Origin: Fluviicola taffensis DSM 16823 | GTDB lineage: Bacteria; Bacteroidota; Bacteroidia; Flavobacteriales_D; Crocinitomicaceae | Length of the DNA stretch: 64,000 bases | Direction of reading: 5' to 3' | Assembly (NCBI RefSeq): GCF_943372375.1 | Contig: NZ_CALRYJ010000007.1 | Location: 85,128-149,127, forward strand | Shown here: positions 52,636 to 60,643 of the stretch, one piece after another | Layout: the number at the start of each line of letters is the position of its first letter | Position numbering within the stretch: the stretch's first letter is position 1 | The notes under the pieces: generated by a model | Database searches by the model: none | Seen by the model: the letters and a program-made list of their open reading frames with translations, nothing else | What the model was told of the DNA's origin: nothing | Translations under genes and position numbers: made by a program

Positions 52636-54183
52636 TCACACTGCCGGAATCGATTGAAAACTATTGAAGTAATCGGTCGGGTCCCAACATTTTTTAACCT
52701 CTTTCAGACGCGGAAGATTTTCGCCAAAATACAGTTGTAGAGCACCTTCCAATCCACCGAAGGCATTCAGATCAGAATCGGGATAATTGTAATAGCAGCC
52801 ATCCACGTTATCTGTCGGATCGAGTTGAGGATTGGGGGTTCCGCCTGTCTCTATGTAAACAGTCGTATAGAATTCATTCATCCAATCCAGAAAAGCATGA
52901 TCATCTTTTTCTTCTGTCCAATAAGCCTGATATTGCAATTTGAGGATTGATGAGCGTTGAGGAATTGCTGTTTCTGTAGGAGAAACCGTATTTATTTCCC
53001 CTCCGTAAGTATCCACTTGCAGCAAACACTGCGTCATGTCTTGCGGTGTGAGCGATTGAGGAACAAGCGTAAGATATTTGTAAATTGCTTCGATCTGATA
53101 CATCGGGAATCCTTTCCGCATATAAGCGGATTTGTATTTTCCGCGTTGATTGGCTCCTGAACCGTTTAACGTTTGAACTGCCTCATAAAATGTATAACTC
53201 AAGGTATGAGCTACCGGCTGAGCAAATCCGCCCAGGTGAGTTGCAGAAGGCCTTGTGTTGAGTTGGTAGGTTACCAATCCGCTTAAGTCCTCAAGTATAT
53301 TGTTGATGTAACGTTGCCTGATTATTTCCGGGTTTTCGGATTTTAAAACTGCCGTTTGAATCGTCATGACAATTGCTCCTTGAGCCTGATGATGCAGTGC
53401 TAAAATTCCAAATTGCCTCCAGTTATCAGACCCTTCTGCAATTGCAGTAAAACGAGTCAAAACTGCATCTAAAATTTCTGGTGTGAGCTCACTCCAATCG
53501 ATACTTAGTTGCGTGATAAAAGCAGAAACGGGACTGTCTGGTAAGTCTTTGAAATAATATCGGGTAATAACTCCGAAATTTCCACCTCCACCGCCTTGAT
53601 GTCCCCAAAAAAGGTTTTGTTCATCGGGATCTTCAGATTCCTTTGAAACATAGATCACAGACGCGGGTTCTTCCGGATTTGGCTTAACCACCACTTCTAC
53701 TCCCGTCAACCAATCAACAGTTAATCCGTTCAGGCGCGATAGCAATCCGTAACCACCACCGCAAATATGTCCACCCAAACCGACAGAATAACATGATCCG
53801 GCAGGAAGTACTTTTCCGTAATCCCGGAAAAGGCTATTGAAAGCACTCCAATTTGTTCCGCCCGAATCCAGATAATATCCTTTTTCCGGATCATATCCGC
53901 AATCACTCATTGCGGAAACATCAATAATCGCCTTGGTTTTAGCACTGAAAACAAAGTTTTCATAACAATGCCCTCCGCTTTTGATTTTAACGTTTTTCCC
54001 ATACAGGGAAATCGCTTCTTCCAAAGCAACAGCTACTCCTTGAGGAGAATAGCATACATAAACGACTTCGCAGAAACCTGCCTGCCAACGTTGGTTAAAA
54101 CCTTGTAAAAAACTGGGAAATCTTGGGTCTGTTGCTGAGATAGGGTATTTGGAAAAACCTTTTGTATTGCTTTGTTGGTTCAT
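52636..54183 (-). CDS. FAD-linked oxidase (BBE/VAO family), hexose-oxidase-like, predicted bicovalent FAD
   Basis: KSGGHCYENF, PAGSCYSVGLGGHICGGG, GGGGGNFG, BBE domain YYNYPD..WDPTDYF. Confidence 0.88.
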   Translation of the reverse strand: MNQQSNTKGFSKYPISATDPRFPSFLQGFNQRWQAGFCEVVYVCYSPQGVAVALEEAISLYGKNVKIKSGGHCYENFVFSAKTKAIIDVSAMSDCGYDPEKGYYLDSGGTNWSAFNSLFRDYGKVLPAGSCYSVGLGGHICGGGYGLLSRLNGLTVDWLTGVEVVVKPNPEEPASVIYVSKESEDPDEQNLFWGHQGGGGGNFGVITRYYFKDLPDSPVSAFITQLSIDWSELTPEILDAVLTRFTAIAEGSDNWRQFGILALHHQAQGAIVMTIQTAVLKSENPEIIRQRYINNILEDLSGLVTYQLNTRPSATHLGGFAQPVAHTLSYTFYEAVQTLNGSGANQRGKYKSAYMRKGFPMYQIEAIYKYLTLVPQSLTPQDMTQCLLQVDTYGGEINTVSPTETAIPQRSSILKLQYQAYWTEEKDDHAFLDWMNEFYTTVYIETGGTPNPQLDPTDNVDGCYYNYPDSDLNAFGGLEGALQLYFGENLPRLKEVKKCWDPTDYFNSFQSIPAV

Positions 54184-54287
54184 GTGAATAGTTTAAGAGT
54201 CTAAATATATCATTTTGCGCCCAAATGCAGTCGTTTGAAAAAGCTTGCCCTTTGAAAAACCAATATATACGTTTTGCGGCGGGAACG

Positions 54288-54377
54288 CATAACCCGAAGG
54301 ATGCACGTTTCCGCCGCGGCGGATGTCCCCGCTACACCGAACGAAGGGCATCATTTCTGATGCCCTTCGTTATTTTT
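54288..54377 (+). pseudogene. Partial tRNA-fMet copy with TCCGCCGCGGCGGA replacement, plus 14-bp-stem hairpin
   Basis: CATAACCCGAAGGATGCACGTT[TCCGCCGCGGCGGA]TGTCCCCGCTACA; AACGAAGGGCATCA/TGATGCCCTTCGTT. Confidence 0.88.
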
Positions 54378-54412
54378 GCATCTTCCGAAACCCTTGCCAT
54401 TGCTGAGATTCT

Positions 54413-54600
54413 CTAAAAAAAGACATTCACTCTCAATGTTCGATACTCGCCTTTTTTGAAGTCATACACCAAACCCTCAGGAAATAGCATTTTTTGAATT
54501 CGCTTTTTACTTTCTTCGCTCAATTCGTCGAAAGATTCTAACAGGATAGCCTTCATCGGTTCAATGAATTTAGGATTAGCGAGTGTATATGCGACTAATC
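54413..54600 (-). pseudogene. Decayed C-terminal fragment resembling a large serine recombinase
   Basis: Own translation: ..KKRIQKMLFPEGLVYDFKKGEYRTLRVNVFF*; no catalytic domain; points toward the tRNA-derived repeat. Family call from recalled similarity. Confidence 0.55.
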
Positions 54601-54701
54601 TGTTACCAACACAATTGCTCCGACCAGCGGAAAGATCAGCGGCAGATGATTTACCACCAAATGAAAATGAGCATCATTCATAATAATACAATTTTATTTT
54701 A

Positions 54702-55421
54702 TTAAACATTCACTCCAAAGAGATAACCGACCAATGCGGATAAGCCCATTGCCAGCGTTCCCCAAATAGTAATTCTCAAAACGGCCTTTGGTACTTTTGA
54801 ACCACCTGTTCTTGCCGAAATTATTCCCAAGGTAGCCAGGAACAAGATGGTAAAACCATATAGCCAATATTCCATAACTTGAACTGGAGCAAACAAAACA
54901 ACCAATAACGGTAAAGCTCCTCCGATTGTAAATGCTCCACACGATGCCATAGCTGCCTGTATTGGTTTCGCTTGACTTACCTCATTTATTCCTAATTCAT
55001 CTCTTACATGAGCATCCAGCGCATTGTGCTCCGTCAACTCCATAGCAACCTGCATAGCAGTTTCCTTTTTCAACCCTCTCTTTTCATAAATCTGAGCTAA
55101 AATATTCAATTCCTGTTCAGGCATTTCCTTCAGTTCTTCAATTTCCCGTTCAATATCTGCCTTTTCGGTATCGGTTTGAGAACTTACAGAAACATATTCG
55201 CCGGCAGCCATAGATAAAGCTCCGGCTACCAAACCGGCTACAGTCGCCAAAACTATAGGTTCTCTTGAATCACTTGCTGTTGCAATTCCTATTGCAAGAC
55301 TGGATAATGAAATAATCCCATCATTTGCACCCAAAACAGTTGCTCTTAACCAATTACTGCGATGAATAAAGTGATTATCCAAATAGTTGTCAATTGTCAG
55401 TAATTCAGATTTCTTTTTCAT
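54702..55421 (-). CDS. VIT1/CCC1-family Fe/Mn transporter
   Basis: WLRATVLGANDGIIS, SMAAGEYVSVSSQ, IGGALPLL. Confidence 0.92.
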   Translation of the reverse strand: MKKKSELLTIDNYLDNHFIHRSNWLRATVLGANDGIISLSSLAIGIATASDSREPIVLATVAGLVAGALSMAAGEYVSVSSQTDTEKADIEREIEELKEMPEQELNILAQIYEKRGLKKETAMQVAMELTEHNALDAHVRDELGINEVSQAKPIQAAMASCGAFTIGGALPLLVVLFAPVQVMEYWLYGFTILFLATLGIISARTGGSKVPKAVLRITIWGTLAMGLSALVGYLFGVNV

Positions 55422-55660
55422 AGTTTCTACAAATTCATCAGTGATGGGGTTACTCGATATCTTCCTTAGCTATATTTAGCTGATTCCTAACATGAAGTTT
55501 TAAATTAGGAAAAGGGATTTAATAAACAAGGATATCCAGAATAAATCAAGTTTACAATGATATAAATCAGTTAATTAATTCAATTTCCGGCTTCAAAGCT
55601 ATTATTAGTTATTATGTTGAACTTTTTGAATCTACGAATTGTTAAAATTCAAATCAAAAG

Positions 55661-55720
55661 GAAAATGACCAGGTAAACTTCGATTTGGAAGAAGGTCCGA
55701 AAGGATTCAATGCAGTGAAT
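55661..55720 (+). pseudogene. Cold-shock protein (Csp) remnant
   Basis: Own translation ENDQVNFDLEEGPKGFNAVN matches a CSD C-terminal half; no intact start or N-terminal half. Confidence 0.6.
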
Positions 55721-55751
55721 GGTTTCCCTCTTTTTATTAAAAGTTATCTCG

Positions 55752-55858
55752 CTAAAGTAAACTTATATTGTTTATGTCCTCAGCCACTTCCTTGTTCGAT
55801 ACCGGTCGTTTATCCGCGACTAGTGAAACGGTAATCAATTTTTGGTTACCGTTTTTTT
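55752..55858 (-). other. att-arm-like junction 1 (hairpin plus conserved arm)
   Basis: Minus frame VADKRPVSNKEVAEDINNISLL*; 25/29 nt identical to 62678-62706; hairpin AAACGGTAATC..GGTTACCGTTT. Confidence 0.55.
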
Positions 55859-55873
55859 ATGTCTAAGATTTTT

Positions 55874-55953
55874 GAAGGTCGCACGTTTTCGCGGTGGCGT
55901 ATGTCCCCTCTACACCGAACGACAGGGTATCAGAAAGATGCCCTTCGTTATTT
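55874..55953 (+). pseudogene. Degenerate partial tRNA-fMet copy plus hairpin related to 54288-54377
   Basis: GAAGGTCGCACGTT[TTCGCGGTGGCGTA]TGTCCCCTCTACACCGAACGA..GATGCCCTTCGTTATTT; insert is 10/14 identical to TCCGCCGCGGCGGA. Confidence 0.8.
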
Positions 55954-55959
55954 CATGCA

Positions 55960-57024
55960 TTAGATATCCGAAGGATTTGTGTCGAAGACCTTCTTAAAAA
56001 CCGCCGAAAACTTACTCGCATTTTCGTAACCGAATAAGCCGGCAACCTCTTTGATAGCGTATTTCCTCTGTAAAAGGAGCTCTCTGGCAGCCATCATTTG
56101 TTTTTTACTAAAAAACTGATACACACTTGTACCATGCATTCCCTTAAAATCATTTTTGAGTTTGGTTGGAGAAACACCTACTTTCCGGGCTATTTTTTCA
56201 ATCCCGGGGAAATCACCGAACAAGTGATCATTTAAGAACTGTTCTGCACGCTGAATGTTCTTGCGGTCATTATCGTTGAGTTTGAAGTGATTCTCCGAAA
56301 TGATCTCTGTATTGAGCTTTTCGATGAACTCAAACAAGATCCGATAGGTCAACTGCTGAATGACTTCCTTATTTTGATCGACACCCTTCTGTGCCAACTC
56401 CATCATTTCATGCCAGATGGATTCATAGACCGGGTCTGTTTCGTCTAAAATCAAAAAGGTATTCGGTGATTCAAAGAAATCAGCTAGCTTGCTGTTCCGG
56501 GACACCTGGTTCGCCTCTTTTTGTTGCTCCAACCACCTGCTGGTAAAAAAAACGGTGATATTCTTTTCTTCCGAATTCTTAAAGTGGTACTCGGTTTGTG
56601 AACATCCGGCTTTAAACAGGGACCAGGTATTTCCTTTGGTCACCAATCCGTTGACCATGGATTTATTGACGAGTGTGGTTGTTTTGACGTGTAAATTGAT
56701 AAAGTGATATTCCAGAGGAAGTTTCTCGTCATACAAGTTGCGCATGAGGAGGTTTTTTTGGAAATGCAGGTTAGAAATCATGACCCAGAGTTCGGTTTCC
56801 GGGTTGCAATAGTACATCATCGATTTCAGGAAAATACTGGCAGATGACAGTGATTTTCGGATCGGATCATGCTTGGTGAAAGGCATTTGATCAAAACTCT
56901 CAATCATGGTTTCAGGCGACTGAAACAAATTATTCAACTGATAACTTCCATCCTTATAACCGACTTTATAACGCTGAAACTTTTTATACCAGGCGGCCAA
57001 GATGTTCGAAAACGTTCCTTCCAT
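55960..57024 (-). CDS. AraC-family transcriptional regulator
   Basis: C-terminal IEKIARKVGVSPTKLKNDFKGMHG..IKEVAGLFGYENASKFSAVFKK. Start 57024 preferred; 57105 possible. Confidence 0.9.
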   Translation of the reverse strand: MEGTFSNILAAWYKKFQRYKVGYKDGSYQLNNLFQSPETMIESFDQMPFTKHDPIRKSLSSASIFLKSMMYYCNPETELWVMISNLHFQKNLLMRNLYDEKLPLEYHFINLHVKTTTLVNKSMVNGLVTKGNTWSLFKAGCSQTEYHFKNSEEKNITVFFTSRWLEQQKEANQVSRNSKLADFFESPNTFLILDETDPVYESIWHEMMELAQKGVDQNKEVIQQLTYRILFEFIEKLNTEIISENHFKLNDNDRKNIQRAEQFLNDHLFGDFPGIEKIARKVGVSPTKLKNDFKGMHGTSVYQFFSKKQMMAARELLLQRKYAIKEVAGLFGYENASKFSAVFKKVFDTNPSDI

Positions 57025-57158
57025 GGGCGAAAGATACTTCAAGGATTTCGTTTTTCGAAGACTTCCGTTCTCCTTTTTGAAAAAACAAATGTCTTTTTGG
57101 AGCATGCTCCCTTTCCGATTCCACCTTAATTTCGAACCGGATTACAACTTATTCAATA

Positions 57159-60100
57159 ATGAAAAAACTACGCACTGGCCATTGGTCGCTAAACTCCGTA
57201 CAATGGAACCGGAAAGGATTCTTTTCACGGATCATCGCCGCTCTTATTTTTCTCTTAACCTTCCAGAATGCCTCTGCTCAACTGATTGCTCAGGTAAGTG
57301 ACTATGTGGGAAGTGGGTTGAATGAAAGCCAGGATGGAACTTTAACACAGGCGGGATTTAAAGACGTAACCAGTATTTGTAGCGATGGAAATAACAACTT
57401 GTATGTACTTGAGATAGTTAATGGTAAGATCCGAAAAATTACCCCATCGGGAATCGTCACAACTATTTATAGCGATCTGAATCAAAACTTTTTCGGTTCA
57501 GGTGGACTATCCGCCGCAATCCACGTGGATGCATTCTCCAATATCTATGTGTCCAGAGGGTACACAATTGCAAAAATAACCGGTCAGCACACATTCCAGA
57601 TCATTGCAGGTTCTCTTACAGAAGTAGGGTATACAAACAACAACATCGCCGGTCAAGGTCAAAATGCACGCTTTTCGTTCCTAAACTCCATGACATCGGA
57701 TATCTTTGGGAATCTGTATATTTCTGAAATAGGAGAAATAGCTTCAACTGAACGTTTTAGAATCAGACGGATCAATCCGTTTAATCAAAAAGTTGAAACA
57801 CTGTTTACGAGCCAAAAACCGATTTACGGTTTATGTTTCGATGCAAACGGAAATTTTGTTTTTGGAGAAGGGTTTTCGGTTGTGAAACTAAATCCACAAA
57901 CAATGGTAAAAACGGTAGTTGCCGGACATCCAACAGAAAGTAATCATATTAGCGGCCCCGGCACTGCTGCTCGTTTTCGCTCTATCGCTGATATTAAAGT
58001 GGTAAACAACGATATCTACGTCTTGGAGTGTGTTCCCAGGGTAATCAGGAGCTTTTCGAGTGCGTTTTCGAATGATTATAAATATGCTAAAAACTATTGT
58101 TATATCACGAAAATTTCCAATACGAATGTGGTTACCGATATTGCAGGAGGAGAAATAGGTGATGCAAATGGTGTAGGATTAAATGCCCGTTTCTATGGTC
58201 CATGCGGAATGGTAAAGAACTCTTCCGGAGATTTATTTATCTTGGATGATATGAAGAACTTGATCCGCAAGATCACATTTGTACCTCCAGCTCCAGCTCC
58301 CACACCTACTTATGTAAATGCTACTCCTTCTATTTGTTTGGGAAGTACGGTAGACCAACCGGCAACCATCACAGGGGCTGAGATGAGTCTTCAAATAACG
58401 AATGAAACTGTTCCTGTTTCCAGTGGGATTAAGGCCGCTTGCCGCAACCAGAATTTTGCATTTGTAGCAACGTCAAATGATGAAATCAAAAAATACGATT
58501 TTAACGGGAATCTGGTCGAAACCCTGCCTGCCATGCTGACGAATATTACCGGTATAGCTGCAGATTCCGTTAACCAGATTTATGCCGTTGCACAGGATAA
58601 TTCACTTCCTTCCTTAACTGCTGTTTATCGCCTACAGCCTAGCGGTAACATCGATCTTTCATGGGGTCCCACGACGTCAGGAGTTCTGAACAATGTATCT
58701 GCCATTGCCATGGGTAGTGACGACGGATTGATTTATGTGGCCGATACCTCAACGAGCTATATTTCATCCATTAATCCGGTAACTGCTGCCATCACCAACT
58801 TACCTGCTCCCGGGAACCTGCAATTGAGTTATTTCAAACCGGTGAGCATGGCCTTTGACGTCTTCGGGGACATGTACCTGGCAGATATCGGCGGAAACCA
58901 AATCCTGAAACGCAGCAAAGCAGACAACAATTACTACCCGGTATTCCCGGGATTGGAGAACGATACGCTGAAGATCGACGGAATCAGCATTGCACACTCC
59001 GAATCCGGATACATGTACTTGTCTTCCTCTGCCCGAAATGTGGTGTATGAATTGGGTGCGAATGCAGCCTATGATACCACAGTTGTCGGAAGAAAATTTT
59101 CGAATACGACCGAATTCAGTACGGGTTTCTCTCTGGATGAACCGATCAACGTCATCGCTATGAGTTCGAATAATGCGGGTGTACTCCTAATTCCCAATAA
59201 AGCAAGCGGTGAGATGAGAAAACTCGCCTACTTTATGATGAAAATTGCTCCGAGATTGCCGAAAGGCTTATTCTTCGATCCTAACACCGGAACCATTCAC
59301 GGAACTCCACTACAGGTTGCGCCATACACCACTTACACCATTACTGCGTATGGACCAACAGATAGCACGATGACAAATCTTGCATTCTCTGTAGACCCTT
59401 CGAGCCTGGTTTCCAACAATATCGGGAATAAAACCTCTGCAATCATCAACACGGGTGATGGATTGGCAGTGAATTTCTACGACAATTCCGGTTGTGAGCC
59501 TTTGGCTACCATCACGGACATCACGGACGGAAATCCAACAGGAAGCACGCAAGTGAAGCAAACAGTAGCAACCAACCTTCCGTTCTTCACTACCAGCGCA
59601 GGAGATACCAAATTTGTACGTCGTACAACGGAAGTCAATTCTCAGAAAATGGATTCCGCGAACGTACGCATCGAGTTGTATTTCACACACGCGGATATTG
59701 TGCATTACAATGCCAACAACGGAACTCAAACCGATTTCTCGAACGACACCACTGCAGGCACCATGGCAATGAGTATCCTGCAATTGCATACGGCTTCAAG
59801 CGGAAATACCCAACCTATTACACATAATACAACCGCAACGTGGAACACTTCCAAACAAGTGTGGGCAGCGAATTTCCCGGTAACCAAGTTCAGTACCTTC
59901 ATGGCCACCACACCGGATGCTTTGACTACGTTTGAATGTGAAAGCACCGAATCCACGGAATTTGCTTTCGGCTGTACCTCTGCCGAATACAACGGAGTTA
60001 GCTACACCGTAGACGGAGAGTATACGCTGAATTACCAAAACCAATACGGTTGTGACAGTATTGTGCACTTAATCGTGTTCCTGGATAACAACTCCGAAAT

Positions 60101-60572
60101 TACCATGATCGGCTCAGACACCCTGAAAGCATTGAATACGGCCAGCGGAACAACTTACCAGTGGGTAAATTGTGATAACAACTATGCAATTATTCCAGGA
60201 GCAACTGACAGTCTTTTCTTCGCAGCGGATACCGGAAGCTATGCTTGTATCATTACAAACACCGTTTGTGCAGACACTTCGGTTTGTGCGTACATTCAGG
60301 AGATTGGTGGAACCACCGGAATTGATCCGAATGGAAACATCTTTAACTATAAGATTTCACCGAACCCAACCAACGGTTTGGTACAGATCAGTTCCAGTTT
60401 CAATCAGCTGAACATTGAAATTTACAATGCACTGGGTGTGAAAGTCTTTGAAAAACGAACAGATTCCGGAATTACTTCGTGTAACCTATCGGAATTCGAT
60501 GCGGGGATTTACCTGATTCGTATGAGCAACGAAAGAGGTCAGATCATCACCGACCGAATCATCAAACAATAA
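57159..60572 (+). CDS. T9SS type A substrate with NHL/SMP-30-like propeller repeats
   Basis: DGNNNLYV, GQNARF, GLNARFYGPCG NHL-type repeats; LPKGLFFDPNTGTIHGTP Ig-like domain; CTD ISPNPTNGLV..AGIYLIR. Confidence 0.85.
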   Translation: MKKLRTGHWSLNSVQWNRKGFFSRIIAALIFLLTFQNASAQLIAQVSDYVGSGLNESQDGTLTQAGFKDVTSICSDGNNNLYVLEIVNGKIRKITPSGIVTTIYSDLNQNFFGSGGLSAAIHVDAFSNIYVSRGYTIAKITGQHTFQIIAGSLTEVGYTNNNIAGQGQNARFSFLNSMTSDIFGNLYISEIGEIASTERFRIRRINPFNQKVETLFTSQKPIYGLCFDANGNFVFGEGFSVVKLNPQTMVKTVVAGHPTESNHISGPGTAARFRSIADIKVVNNDIYVLECVPRVIRSFSSAFSNDYKYAKNYCYITKISNTNVVTDIAGGEIGDANGVGLNARFYGPCGMVKNSSGDLFILDDMKNLIRKITFVPPAPAPTPTYVNATPSICLGSTVDQPATITGAEMSLQITNETVPVSSGIKAACRNQNFAFVATSNDEIKKYDFNGNLVETLPAMLTNITGIAADSVNQIYAVAQDNSLPSLTAVYRLQPSGNIDLSWGPTTSGVLNNVSAIAMGSDDGLIYVADTSTSYISSINPVTAAITNLPAPGNLQLSYFKPVSMAFDVFGDMYLADIGGNQILKRSKADNNYYPVFPGLENDTLKIDGISIAHSESGYMYLSSSARNVVYELGANAAYDTTVVGRKFSNTTEFSTGFSLDEPINVIAMSSNNAGVLLIPNKASGEMRKLAYFMMKIAPRLPKGLFFDPNTGTIHGTPLQVAPYTTYTITAYGPTDSTMTNLAFSVDPSSLVSNNIGNKTSAIINTGDGLAVNFYDNSGCEPLATITDITDGNPTGSTQVKQTVATNLPFFTTSAGDTKFVRRTTEVNSQKMDSANVRIELYFTHADIVHYNANNGTQTDFSNDTTAGTMAMSILQLHTASSGNTQPITHNTTATWNTSKQVWAANFPVTKFSTFMATTPDALTTFECESTESTEFAFGCTSAEYNGVSYTVDGEYTLNYQNQYGCDSIVHLIVFLDNNSEITMIGSDTLKALNTASGTTYQWVNCDNNYAIIPGATDSLFFAADTGSYACIITNTVCADTSVCAYIQEIGGTTGIDPNGNIFNYKISPNPTNGLVQISSSFNQLNIEIYNALGVKVFEKRTDSGITSCNLSEFDAGIYLIRMSNERGQIITDRIIKQ

Positions 60573-60582
60573 TTAACAAACA

Positions 60583-60610
60583 AAGAGGATGTGTCTAGAC
60601 GCATCCTCTT
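60583..60610. terminator. Intergenic hairpin
   Basis: AAGAGGATGTGTCTAGACGCATCCTCTT. Confidence 0.55.
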
Positions 60611-60643
60611 CCTGTTTCAATCACATAATCAGTTATTTAAAAA

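Noticed and set aside
54225-54416. 63-aa ORF in the track
   Set aside because: It is a translation of the tRNA fragment, palindrome and hairpin; no protein features.
52636-55421. Functional link between the H2O2-producing oxidase and the VIT1 iron transporter
   Set aside because: They lie in separate repeat-delimited modules with a hairpin and recombinase remnant between them; adjacency alone is insufficient.
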